Assembly: GCA_041659685.1 (NCBI GenBank)
Contig: JBAZXV010000006.1
Coordinates: forward strand, 2,032-66,031
DNA: 64,000 bases
Direction: 5' to 3'
Source of the DNA: Parcubacteria group bacterium
Lineage (GTDB): Bacteria; Patescibacteriota; Minisyncoccia; Moranbacterales; UBA11712
Shown here: piece by piece, positions 36,936 through 46,141 of the stretch
Layout: each line of letters begins with the position of its first letter
Numbering within the stretch: the first letter of the stretch is position 1
The notes under the pieces: model-generated
The model's database searches: none
What the model was told of the DNA's origin: nothing
The model's input: the letters and a program-made list of their open reading frames with translations, nothing else
Made by a program: the position numbers and the translations under genes

Positions 36936-37385
36936 ATGAAATTAAGGATAAAAAGATTCAATAAAAATATTCCGCTGCCCCGATATGAAAAAATGGCGGC
37001 GGGGTTTGATTTTTATCTGCCGAAAAGGGTGACTTTCAATCCGGGAGAAACAAGAGCTTTGGACTGCAATGTAGCCATGGAAATTCCGGAAGGATATTTT
37101 CTGCTTATCGCGCCCCGGAGCACAACTTTTTCGAGGTTTGGGATCATCATGCCGCATTCGATCGGGATAATCGACCCAATGTACCGGGGAGACAGCAATG
37201 AATTGGTTTTGCTTTTCCATAATGTTTCCAAGAAAAAAGCGATTGTTCCCAAGGGCGCCAAAATAGCCCAGGGAATTTTTATGAAATATGAAAAAGCGGA
37301 ATTTCAGGAAGTGAAAAAACTGAATAAACCAAAAAGAGCGAAGTGGAATATCAAGGTAAAAAATAAATACAGGATGGGTAATTAA
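36936..37385 (+). CDS. dut: Trimeric dUTPase-family protein lacking motif V
   Basis: Motifs I-IV: AGFDF, APRST, GIIDPMYRG, KIAQGI. Confidence 0.82.
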   Translation: MKLRIKRFNKNIPLPRYEKMAAGFDFYLPKRVTFNPGETRALDCNVAMEIPEGYFLLIAPRSTTFSRFGIIMPHSIGIIDPMYRGDSNELVLLFHNVSKKKAIVPKGAKIAQGIFMKYEKAEFQEVKKLNKPKRAKWNIKVKNKYRMGN

Positions 37386-37392
37386 TCAAAAA

Positions 37393-38040
37393 ATGGTCAG
37401 GAAGAATATAAATAAAATTCCGGAATTAATAATATTTGATTGGAGCGGCGTGCTTAGCGATGACAGGATGCCGGTTTTTGCGGCGAATATGAAAATGCTC
37501 GAAGATTATGGAAAACTTACAATGAATCTCGAAGGATGGCTCTCAAACACCGAAATGACCATTGTCCGCTTTATTCATAAGCGGGGAATAAAAGCAACCG
37601 CCGGGAGTATAAACAAAAAATACAAAAAATATTATAATGAATCCATAAAGTCGGGAATCACTCCTAAAATCATGCCCAGTGCAAAAAGAGTTCTTCGACA
37701 CTTAAGAAGAAAAAATATCCGGCTCGCGGTCTTAAGCAGTCATCCGCACAAAAACCTCAAAAAAGAAATGGCCGAATATGGGCTAAGTCGTTACTTTAAT
37801 GAAGTTGTCGGTGAAGTGAAAGACAAGGTTGAAAGTTTGCGAAAAATTTGCAAAGATCTGGATACGGATCCCGGTCGGTCGGCGTATGTCGGCGATATGA
37901 TCTCTGATATTCAATCGGCAAAGCAAGTTGGAGCAACTTCGATTGCTGTCAGCACCGGATATCATTCCAAAAAAAGGCTAAAAAATGAAAAACCGGATTA
38001 CCTGTTTGGAAAACTATCGGATCTGTCAAAATTGTTTTAG
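37393..38040 (+). CDS. HAD hydrolase (phosphoglycolate-phosphatase-like)
   Basis: IIFDWSGVL, VLSS, YVGDMISDI, TGYH. Confidence 0.88.
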   Translation: MVRKNINKIPELIIFDWSGVLSDDRMPVFAANMKMLEDYGKLTMNLEGWLSNTEMTIVRFIHKRGIKATAGSINKKYKKYYNESIKSGITPKIMPSAKRVLRHLRRKNIRLAVLSSHPHKNLKKEMAEYGLSRYFNEVVGEVKDKVESLRKICKDLDTDPGRSAYVGDMISDIQSAKQVGATSIAVSTGYHSKKRLKNEKPDYLFGKLSDLSKLF

Positions 38041-38049
38041 ATTAATATA

Positions 38050-38424
38050 ATGGAAATTGTTTCCCAAGACAAAGCGAAATTTTTTGATAATCCTGAAGGG
38101 CGGAAAGCCTGGATTTTCGGTTTTCCCGAATATGAATTTCAGTATGACGAGCAGCAGCCGGGCGCGGTCCTCAAGTGGCACCACCACGAAAAAATTTGGG
38201 AGACGATATATATCATTGAAGGTGAGCTTGCGGCGAGATGGAAAGAAAATGGAGAGGAAAAAGAACAAATTGTGAAAACGGGCGATGTGATTGAACCGGG
38301 ATACGGAACACACACATTCGAAAATCGTTCCGGAAGCACCGTAAAATTTATTGCCTTCAAACAAATGCTATCCGGAGAAGATATGGGAGAAATGATTGCG
38401 AAGGATAAGGTTTATGACGAATAA
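38050..38424 (+). CDS. Cupin-domain protein
   Basis: WHHHEKIWETIYIIEG..GDVI..HTFEN. Confidence 0.85.
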   Translation: MEIVSQDKAKFFDNPEGRKAWIFGFPEYEFQYDEQQPGAVLKWHHHEKIWETIYIIEGELAARWKENGEEKEQIVKTGDVIEPGYGTHTFENRSGSTVKFIAFKQMLSGEDMGEMIAKDKVYDE

Positions 38425-38612
38425 TTTTTTGCGAATTAATAATAAATTGAGCTGCTAAAGAATCCGTATTTTCTTGAAATTGAACTCGAAGCCGGTTTTT
38501 GTCCCAAAAATTTCCTAGCGATGCACACGTAAAGCGGAAATTTTTGACAAAAATCAGCTCCTCAAACAACAATTTCTGCAAAAATTCGAATTTTTCAGTA
38601 GTTTCTAACTTT

Positions 38613-39062
38613 ATGGAAATAACCAGGCATTTTACGGTGACGACAACGATAGTTCATAAAAACAAAGTCCTTTTGCATTTTCATAAAAGCTTAAAGAAGT
38701 GGCTGCCTGTCGGCGGACATATTGATCGGGACGAGCTTCCCGAGGAAGCGGCAGTAAGGGAAGCAAAAGAAGAATCCGGGCTTGATATCGAGATCTATGA
38801 TCCCGATAAAAAGGTAATCTTCAAAAAATCGAAACAACTCATCAGGCCTTCCCTCATTACGCTTCATGACATTAATCCTTACCACCAGCATATTGATTTT
38901 GCATATTTTGCAACCGCAAAAACAAACAAGTTGAAGCCGAAGAAAAATGAAACGAAGGATCTCAGGTGGTTTTCCCTGAAAGAAGTTGAGTGTTTAGACA
39001 TGCCCGAAGATGCGAAAATCCGAGCCCTTAAGGCGTTTGGTGAGCTTGGCGAAGAAAAATGA
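38613..39062 (+). CDS. Nudix hydrolase
   Basis: RHFTV..WLPVGGHIDRDELPEEAAVREAKEESGL..HQHIDF; ATG 38613. Confidence 0.9.
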   Translation: MEITRHFTVTTTIVHKNKVLLHFHKSLKKWLPVGGHIDRDELPEEAAVREAKEESGLDIEIYDPDKKVIFKKSKQLIRPSLITLHDINPYHQHIDFAYFATAKTNKLKPKKNETKDLRWFSLKEVECLDMPEDAKIRALKAFGELGEEK

Positions 39063-39158
39063 AAGTCCGGCAATGTTCATAATCCGCAACTCTTCCTTTA
39101 TGCGGGGAGCTTTTCTTTACATCCGAAAAAATCAGTGTTAAGTTTAAGTAACTGAATT

Positions 39159-39677
39159 ATGCTGAATTCCATTATTCAAAACAACATGGGGCTAAGCGTT
39201 ATTGGGGCAGCCGTGGTCGCAATTTTGCTTTTGGTTTGGAATATTTTTCTTCATCTCAATGTCGGCCGCTTAAAGAAAAATCAGCAGCAGCTTTTTTCAG
39301 GGAAAAACGGCGTCGATCTTGAAAAGATAATTCTGGAACACGCGAAAAACTTAAAAGAGCTTGACCGGGACATTCAGGATCTTTACGGCATTTCGAACCG
39401 GATTCACGGTCTGGCCTTGAAATCGGTGCACAAGGTCGGCATCGTCCGCTTTAATCCCTTTAAGGACCTCGGCGGAGATCAAAGCTTTTCTGTGGCCTTT
39501 CTTGACGGAGAGAACTCCGGCGTGGTAATCTCATCGCTCCATACGCGGGAAGGGAACCGTGTTTACTCGAAACCGATTGAGAAAGGGAAGGCCGTAAAAT
39601 ATCCCCTCACGGACGAGGAGCAAGACGCGATAAAAAAAGCGGATGCCGGGGGAAGCAATGCCGGAAAAAAAGCGTAA
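39159..39677 (+). CDS. DUF4446-like membrane-anchored protein
   Basis: TM, then KVGIVRFNPFKDLGGDQSFSVAFLD..RVYSKPI..YPLTDEE. Confidence 0.82.
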   Translation: MLNSIIQNNMGLSVIGAAVVAILLLVWNIFLHLNVGRLKKNQQQLFSGKNGVDLEKIILEHAKNLKELDRDIQDLYGISNRIHGLALKSVHKVGIVRFNPFKDLGGDQSFSVAFLDGENSGVVISSLHTREGNRVYSKPIEKGKAVKYPLTDEEQDAIKKADAGGSNAGKKA

Positions 39678-39701
39678 ACTGAGAATAGCCAATAACCAAA
39701 T

Positions 39702-39743
39702 TCTCCCCCTACGAGGGACCACCCGTAGGGTGGCAATATCCAA
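39702..39743 (+). repeat. 42-nt twin-hairpin repeat (intergenic copy) embedded in heptamer-like repeats
   Basis: 40/42 identical to 30360-30401; flanked by AATAGCC/AATAACC/AATCACC/AATGACT units. Confidence 0.9.
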
Positions 39744-39852
39744 ATAAGTTCCAATCACCAATGACTGAATAACCAAGATGTTCTTTATTTTGAAAAATTG
39801 GTCATTGATTATTATTTAATTATTGTTCTAGGAATTTGAAGTTTTAAAGATT

Positions 39853-41631
39853 ATGGAAGATGTAGAAAAAGTAAAAGTGAAAATTCCGTCGCTGGTGACC
39901 GTGAAGAAATTCGCGGAACTTTTGGGTCTTTCTGTAACGGATGTCATCAAGGAGCTTATGAAAAATAAAATCCTGGCGACAATCAACGATGAAATAGATT
40001 ACGAAACTGCAGCCGTAATAGCTTCCGATTTGGGGTTTGAAACTGAAGAGGATATCGAGGTGTCGGGATCGGGAGTAATGACGCTGGAACAGCTTGATGA
40101 AATTATGCGGAAGGAAAAAGAATCCGGAAAAAATCTGAAACATCGGCCGCCGGTGGTTACTATCTTGGGCCATGTTGATCACGGGAAAACCACTCTTCTT
40201 GATACGATTCGAAAAACTTCGGTTGTAGAGAAAGAAGCGGGCGGAATCACCCAGCACATCAGCGCCTACCAGGTAAAAAAGAAAGGCGAGATTGTTACGT
40301 TTGTTGATACTCCGGGACATGAGGCTTTTTCTGCTATGCGCGAGCGCGGAGTAAGTCTTGCGGATATTGCGATATTAGTCGTTGCCGCCGATGACGGAGT
40401 CCGTCCGCAGACGGAGGAAGTGATCAAGTATCTTAAGGAAAAGAAGATTCCGATGGTGGTGGCGATAAACAAAATTGACAAGCCTAACGCTAACGTCCAA
40501 AGAGTGAAACAGGAGCTGGCGGACAGAGAAATCATGATTGAGGAGTGGGGCGGAAATATAGTTTCAGCGGAAATATCTGCCAAACAAAACATTGGCATCG
40601 ACGAACTTCTTGACATGGTCCTTCTTGTTGCGGAAGTTGAGGATTTAAGAGCGGACTATAAAAGGCTGCCTCTCGGAGTTGTGATTGAATCCAACCTTGA
40701 TCCTAAAAAGGGACACATGGCGACGGTCTTAGTGCGGACGGGAACCCTGAAAGAGGGACAGGATATTATTGTCGGATCAATTTCCGGGCGGGTGAGAAGA
40801 ATTGAAGATTTTAAAGGCCGTCAGCTCAAAGAAGCCGGGCCTTCAACGCCGGTTACGGTCATCGGGCTCAATCAGTCCCCCAACGTAAACGATGTTTTTC
40901 TGGGTGTGGCTGATCTGAAGTCGGCAAGAGCCATGCAAAAGGATCTTGGAGCCAGCGGAACCGGAACAAGAAAATTCGATTCGCAAAGCATGCTGAAGAG
41001 CATTGAGGATCAGAATATGAACAGACTCAATATTATTCTTAAAACCGATGTGCAAGGGTCGCTCGAGGCCATTGACCAGATTTTGAGCACCATCAAATCC
41101 GAGGAAGTGGGAATAAATTACATAAAACAGGGAGTGGGAGATATTACCGAATCGGATGTAAAGCTTGGACAAACGGCGGGTACGGTTATTTTTGGCTTTA
41201 ACAGCCAGCCGACAACGGTTGCCAAGCGCCTTGCGGAAATGAACAACGTTGAAATAAAAAGTTATAAAATCATCTATGAATTGGTTGAGGATATCAAGAA
41301 GAGACTGGAAGACATGTTGGGAGAGGAAACCGTCAGAACCGATCTCGGAAAATTAAAAGTGCTGGCCATTTTCATGACGGGCAAAAAAGACATGATTGTC
41401 GGCGGAAAAGTGATCTCGGGGAAAATGGTCAACGGGGAAAATATAGAAGTTTTGCGCGAGGAAAAAAATTTGGGACGAGGAAAACTTTCCAATCTTCAGC
41501 AAAACAAAATCAATGTGGATGAGGTGAAAGAGGGAAACGAGTGCGGAATCACTTTTATTGGGGAAACAAAAATAAAAGAGGGAGACACCCTTGTTTGTTT
41601 TCATGAAGAGGTGGTGAAGAAAGTATTATAA
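39853..41631 (+). CDS. infB: Translation initiation factor IF-2
   Basis: RPPVVTILGHVDHGKTTLLD, EAGGITQHI, DTPGHEAF, NKID, DVQGS. Confidence 0.98.
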   Translation: MEDVEKVKVKIPSLVTVKKFAELLGLSVTDVIKELMKNKILATINDEIDYETAAVIASDLGFETEEDIEVSGSGVMTLEQLDEIMRKEKESGKNLKHRPPVVTILGHVDHGKTTLLDTIRKTSVVEKEAGGITQHISAYQVKKKGEIVTFVDTPGHEAFSAMRERGVSLADIAILVVAADDGVRPQTEEVIKYLKEKKIPMVVAINKIDKPNANVQRVKQELADREIMIEEWGGNIVSAEISAKQNIGIDELLDMVLLVAEVEDLRADYKRLPLGVVIESNLDPKKGHMATVLVRTGTLKEGQDIIVGSISGRVRRIEDFKGRQLKEAGPSTPVTVIGLNQSPNVNDVFLGVADLKSARAMQKDLGASGTGTRKFDSQSMLKSIEDQNMNRLNIILKTDVQGSLEAIDQILSTIKSEEVGINYIKQGVGDITESDVKLGQTAGTVIFGFNSQPTTVAKRLAEMNNVEIKSYKIIYELVEDIKKRLEDMLGEETVRTDLGKLKVLAIFMTGKKDMIVGGKVISGKMVNGENIEVLREEKNLGRGKLSNLQQNKINVDEVKEGNECGITFIGETKIKEGDTLVCFHEEVVKKVL

Positions 41632-41649
41632 TTTATACCTAGCGAAATT

Positions 41650-42006
41650 ATGAAATTAGATTCAGCAGTTTTTTATTCCAATGACATTGAAAAAGCTACT
41701 GAATTTTACAGAGATGTCATCGGGCTGGAGGTTGATTATATTCAGGAAGGAAAATATTCCTCATTCAATTTTGAAAACGCAAAATTTGGCATAAAACAGA
41801 GAAAAGAAGAGAGGGAGGTTCCAGGATCCCAAACGATATTTGTTGAAGCGAAAAATATTGAAGATCTATACTCTCTTTTGAAGGAAAAAGGAGTTTCTTT
41901 TTATAAGGAAATTGTTGAGGAGGATTGGGGAACGAATTTTAGCTTGCTTGATCCAGATGGAAATAAAATCCAATTCGTAAGAAGACGCGATGTTTTCAAG
42001 AATTGA
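41650..42006 (+). CDS. VOC/glyoxalase-family protein
   Basis: DIEKATEFYRDVIGL..WG..LLDPDGNKI. Confidence 0.9.
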   Translation: MKLDSAVFYSNDIEKATEFYRDVIGLEVDYIQEGKYSSFNFENAKFGIKQRKEEREVPGSQTIFVEAKNIEDLYSLLKEKGVSFYKEIVEEDWGTNFSLLDPDGNKIQFVRRRDVFKN

Positions 42007-42319
42007 TCGTATCAACGAACTGATAAAGAATACCCTGGCGCAAGTTATCCAGGAAGAGGCCGAAATTCCCCTCGGTGTTTTTTTGACAGTAACTAAAGTT
42101 GACACTTCGCGCGACCTTCGCTATGCTAGGGTGTTTGTGAGTGTTTTTCCGGAAAAAAAATTCGGCGAGACTCTCAGAAGACTTGAGAAAAAAGTTTATT
42201 CAATTCAGGGGATATTGAATAAAAAACTGAACATGAAACCGCTTCCGAGAATTGAATTTATTTCTGACCGGACTGAAGCGCAGGCGGATGAGATTGAAAA
42301 AATTCTCAAAGATTTATAG
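41990..42319 (+). CDS. rbfA: Ribosome-binding factor A
   Basis: RIDRINELIK..TVTKVDTSRDLRYARVFVS..PRIEFISD. Confidence 0.93.
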   Translation: MFSRIDRINELIKNTLAQVIQEEAEIPLGVFLTVTKVDTSRDLRYARVFVSVFPEKKFGETLRRLEKKVYSIQGILNKKLNMKPLPRIEFISDRTEAQADEIEKILKDL

Positions 42320-42372
42320 GCCGGCTTAACGAATCGGGGAAACGATAATATCCGTTGCGATTCTTTCTTTGT

Positions 42373-43350
42373 ATGACCAGTATTTTTTCGAAAGAATTTA
42401 TAGATATAAAAAATGAGCTGGAAAAATCCAGAAATATTTTACTTGTGGCCCATTCTAATCCGGACGGAGACACAGTCGGATCCGTTTTTGCCCTGAAAGA
42501 ATATGCAAAGAGTTTTTTGGGAAAAGAAGCGCAGGTGACTTGCGTCAATTCTCTCCCTCAGCACTTAAAAGACTTTTTGCTTGGCGATGATATTATCGAT
42601 CCTAAAACAGTGGATACGTCCAAGTATGATTTGCTGATCGGTTGTGATGCTGTGGAACGGGGTTTCGAAAAAATAGTAACTTCAAAAAATGAGGGTCAAA
42701 AAATAATTCTTCTTGATCATCACACGACATTGCGGATGAACAAGGTGAAGCCGGATATAATTATCAGCGATGAAAAATATTCCTCGGTTTGCGAAATAAT
42801 TTTTGACTTTTTCGATTTTCACCGCGTTGAAATAAATCGAAGAATTGCCGAGTTTCTCCTCCTTGGCATCATAGGAGACACAGGAATATTTCAACATGCC
42901 AATACAACGCCGAAGGTTATGGAAATAGCGGCCAAGCTCATGAAAAAAGGCGCTTCCCTCTCCAGGATAATCAGGCTGGTATTCAAAAACAAAAGACTCG
43001 AAACCCTGAAGTTATGGGGGCGGGCCATGGAACGGGCGGAAATTAGTCCGAAGACGGGGGCGATTATGTCTTATATTACCAAAAAAGATCTGGAAGATCT
43101 TCAGGGCGACATCGAAGATATTTCCGGCGTTGCAGAAATTCTCAATACGGTTTCGGGAACAAAGTTTTCTTTGGTTTTGTCCGAGCGGGGAGAAAATCGC
43201 GTTAAAGGGAGTCTCCGCAGCGAGGAATATAAAAATATGGATGTCTCGGAAATAGCCCGATTCCTAAAAGGAGGGGGCCATAAGCTCTCCAGCGGTTTCG
43301 AAATCAGAGGGCGTCTCATAAAAGATGGCGATGGCTGGAAAGTGGAGTGA
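42373..43350 (+). CDS. DHH/DHHA1 phosphoesterase (NrnA-like)
   Basis: HSNPDGD, LDHH, GDTG, SLRS, GGGH. Confidence 0.92.
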   Translation: MTSIFSKEFIDIKNELEKSRNILLVAHSNPDGDTVGSVFALKEYAKSFLGKEAQVTCVNSLPQHLKDFLLGDDIIDPKTVDTSKYDLLIGCDAVERGFEKIVTSKNEGQKIILLDHHTTLRMNKVKPDIIISDEKYSSVCEIIFDFFDFHRVEINRRIAEFLLLGIIGDTGIFQHANTTPKVMEIAAKLMKKGASLSRIIRLVFKNKRLETLKLWGRAMERAEISPKTGAIMSYITKKDLEDLQGDIEDISGVAEILNTVSGTKFSLVLSERGENRVKGSLRSEEYKNMDVSEIARFLKGGGHKLSSGFEIRGRLIKDGDGWKVE

Positions 43351-43414
43351 TTTTCCGTGAATTGCAAATAGGAGATAAACAATTTATTCATACGATTTAA
43401 TTTCCGCAGGTCGC

Positions 43415-44080
43415 ATGAAATTAGCAGTTCGTAAAGATATGCTTCAATATAAAAATATCGAGAAAAAGATAGTATCTTGCTGCAAGTGCCTTTTGCGGGG
43501 AACTTGCTCGCGGGTTGTTCCCGGTGAAGGCAGCCCCAACGCCGAGATTATGTTTATTGGCGAGGCGCCCGGTGCAGAAGAAGACAGGCAGGGCCGCCCG
43601 TTTGTGGGCTCAGCCGGGAAGTTTCTCGAAGAGATGATTTCTCTTATCGGAAAGAAGAGGGAAGATGTATTTATTGCAAACGTTCTCAAGTGCCGTCCGC
43701 CTGGGAATCGGGATCCTCTTCCCGAAGAAATTGAAGCCTGTTGGCCGTGGATGATTGAACAGATAAATATCATAAACCCCAAGCTTATCGTAACTTTGGG
43801 CCGTCATGCCATGGAGCGATTTCTTCCCGGCCAGAAAATTTCGCAAATTCATGGAAAAGTAATGAGGCGCGAAATTCCGGGAGTCGGGCGGCGGGTCTTT
43901 TATGTTCTCTATCATCCGGCGGCCGCCCTTTATCAGGGCAGCCTTCGCGAAACCCTCAAGGCGGATTTCAAAAAGATTCCAAAGGTTATTGAAGCAATCG
44001 AAAAAGAAAAATATGTTCCTGATAAGAAAACGGAAAAAGGAGTTGAAGTTGAGGAGAATAAACAAAAGCCTCTGTTTTGA
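43415..44080 (+). CDS. Family 4 uracil-DNA glycosylase (start 43415 or 43439)
   Basis: C..C.L, FIGEAPG..ED..GRPFVG, NVLKCRPPGNRDP, YHPAAALY. Confidence 0.95.
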   Translation: MKLAVRKDMLQYKNIEKKIVSCCKCLLRGTCSRVVPGEGSPNAEIMFIGEAPGAEEDRQGRPFVGSAGKFLEEMISLIGKKREDVFIANVLKCRPPGNRDPLPEEIEACWPWMIEQINIINPKLIVTLGRHAMERFLPGQKISQIHGKVMRREIPGVGRRVFYVLYHPAAALYQGSLRETLKADFKKIPKVIEAIEKEKYVPDKKTEKGVEVEENKQKPLF

Positions 44081-44180
44081 ATGTTTGCCGAAAACGGACC
44101 AATATTAAGCCGGCCCAGTAATGCATAAATCCGCTTCAATTGACCGTCATTTCAAATGATGCTATTTTTTTTATAGTTTT

Positions 44181-44251
44181 GGTCCGATGGCCGAGTGGCT
44201 AGGCAGAGGACTGCAAATCCTCGTACGGCGGTTCGATTCCGCCTCGGACCT
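44181..44251 (+). tRNA. tRNA-Cys(GCA)
   Basis: GGTCCGA/TCGGACC; GAGGA-CT GCA AA-TCCTC; U discriminator. Confidence 0.95.
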
Positions 44252-44325
44252 CAAAAGATGATTGCCGGGATGTTATTCGCACGGCGTACTAACTGTATAT
44301 TATATACTAATTAGTATGCCGTTGT

Positions 44326-44553
44326 ATGAAGAAAAGAAGCTGGTCTGAAAAAAGCTAAGGCAGGCTGCCGCAGCATTGTGAATTTTGCGGATGGAAGGAA
44401 AAGTCAAAGGACGGAAGATTGCCATTGGAGCTTGATCGCATAAACGGAGTCAGTAATGACAATCGCCTAACGAATCTTCAGGTACTTTGTCCCAACTGTA
44501 ACTGCCATAGTCCGCAACCGACTCATCGGAAAAGAAACAGAAAAAAGAAATAA
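44326..44553 (+). pseudogene. Decayed HNH endonuclease gene abutting tRNA-Leu
   Basis: MKKRSWSEK/frameshift/LRQAA fused to PQHCEFCGW..LPLELDRING..DNRLTNLQVLCPNCNCHS..*; not in the ORF track. Confidence 0.82.
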
Positions 44554-44638
44554 GCCGAAGTGGCGGAACTGGCATACGCGCGACACTTAAAATGTCGTGA
44601 GATTTTATCTCTTGTGGGTTCGAGTCCCACCTTCGGCA
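44554..44638 (+). tRNA. tRNA-Leu(TAA)
   Basis: GCCGAAG/CTTCGGC; CGACA-CT TAA AA-TGTCG; long variable arm. Confidence 0.95.
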
Positions 44639-44648
44639 CAATTATTCT

Positions 44649-45350
44649 ATGCTTCAACCAAACAGAAAAAAAATGATAATTTCCGCCGATGACTTCGGTG
44701 TAAGCAAATCGGCGAACAAAAATATATTGGAGCTGGCTAGAAGAGGAAAGCTTGACAGGGTGTCAGTGATGGCAAGCCAGGATTATCTCGGCGGAGAAGA
44801 TGTCTCGGAGCTAAAAAAAACAGGAGTTAAGCTCGATATCCACCTCGAGCTTCCGAGAGCGAAAGGCAAGAAGCATAAACTTAAAGACGGAGTTGCCCGC
44901 AGAGGACTGATTTTTCTTTTGCACTATATTCTGGGGAGAAACGGGAAAAAAAATATGAAACAGGCGTGGGCTTATCAGATCGAAAGATTCAGGGATATTT
45001 TTGGAAGATATCCGGATGGCATCAATTCCCACGAATACATTCATTTTTTTCCGCCTTATTTTAAAACAGCGCTGGAGCTTGCTCGGGATAATAAAATTAA
45101 TTTTATCCGTTTTGGAAAAGAGGGTCCCCTAAGAAAAAAAAGCAATGTTTCCAGGGTTCTTGGCAGGCTTCATAGGGTTAACAACAAGCGGTTTGTCTGT
45201 TCCGGCCTTCAATCAAGCGATTGCTTTGTCAGTCTCGACTGGATAAGGGACAGGAAAAAATTTCTGGATAATCTTCCGGAAGGAAAAACGGAGTTGATCT
45301 GCCATCCGGAGCGGGGGGAAGAGTTCGACATTATCAATAAATGGGAATAA
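44649..45350 (+). CDS. ChbG/HpnK (YdjC-like) deacetylase
   Basis: ISADDFG, DIHL, GINSHEYIH, ELICHP. Confidence 0.88.
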   Translation: MLQPNRKKMIISADDFGVSKSANKNILELARRGKLDRVSVMASQDYLGGEDVSELKKTGVKLDIHLELPRAKGKKHKLKDGVARRGLIFLLHYILGRNGKKNMKQAWAYQIERFRDIFGRYPDGINSHEYIHFFPPYFKTALELARDNKINFIRFGKEGPLRKKSNVSRVLGRLHRVNNKRFVCSGLQSSDCFVSLDWIRDRKKFLDNLPEGKTELICHPERGEEFDIINKWE

Positions 45351-46102
45351 TAATCATGACTGTTTGGATTTACACAATTTTAAGCGTGATTGCCGTAAGT
45401 CTGATTTCATTAGTCGGAATTTTCACGCTTTCTTTCGGCGAATCGAAAATCAGAAAGGTTATTCTTTTCTTTGTCAGCTTTGCAGTCGGGGCGCTTTTTG
45501 GAGATGCGCTCATTCATCTCATCCCGGAAACTTTTGAGAAAATGGAGTCGAATCTGCTGGCATCCATGCTGGTCCTGTCGGGGATCATTATTTTCTTCGC
45601 GCTTGAAAAATTTATACACTGGAGGCATTGCCATGATGCATCCTGCGAAGGCCATTTGCATCCGGTTATCACAATGAATATTGTCGGAGACATGGTCCAT
45701 AATTTGATTGACGGTATGATTATTGCCGGAAGCTTTTCCATCAGCGTTCCGCTTGGAATCGCGACGACAATAGCTGTCGTTCTTCATGAGATACCTCAGG
45801 AAATAGGGGATTTTGGCATAATGATTCATGGCGGATTAACCGTAAAAAAGGCGCTTATGCTGAACTTTCTCTCAGCCACAACGGCAATTTTGGGGGCCGT
45901 TATTGTATTGGCGGTTGGGAGCCGCATTACCGGATCTTCCGTTTTTCTTCTCCCTGTCACGGCAGGCGGTTTCCTTTATATTGCCGGATCGGATTTGATT
46001 CCGGAACTTAAACACGAAACAAAAATAACTGTCTCGATTGGACAGCTACTTGCAATGATTCTGGGTATTGCCGTGATGGCAGCGCTGCTACTGGTTGATT
46101 AA
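45341..46102 (+). CDS. ZIP-family metal transporter
   Basis: HLIPE, HWRHCH, HNLIDG, HEIPQEIGDF, SDLIPEL. Confidence 0.93.
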   Translation: MGIIIMTVWIYTILSVIAVSLISLVGIFTLSFGESKIRKVILFFVSFAVGALFGDALIHLIPETFEKMESNLLASMLVLSGIIIFFALEKFIHWRHCHDASCEGHLHPVITMNIVGDMVHNLIDGMIIAGSFSISVPLGIATTIAVVLHEIPQEIGDFGIMIHGGLTVKKALMLNFLSATTAILGAVIVLAVGSRITGSSVFLLPVTAGGFLYIAGSDLIPELKHETKITVSIGQLLAMILGIAVMAALLLVD

Positions 46103-46141
46103 CGAAAAAATAAGCACTAAGATATTCCCGCTTCGTTTAAA

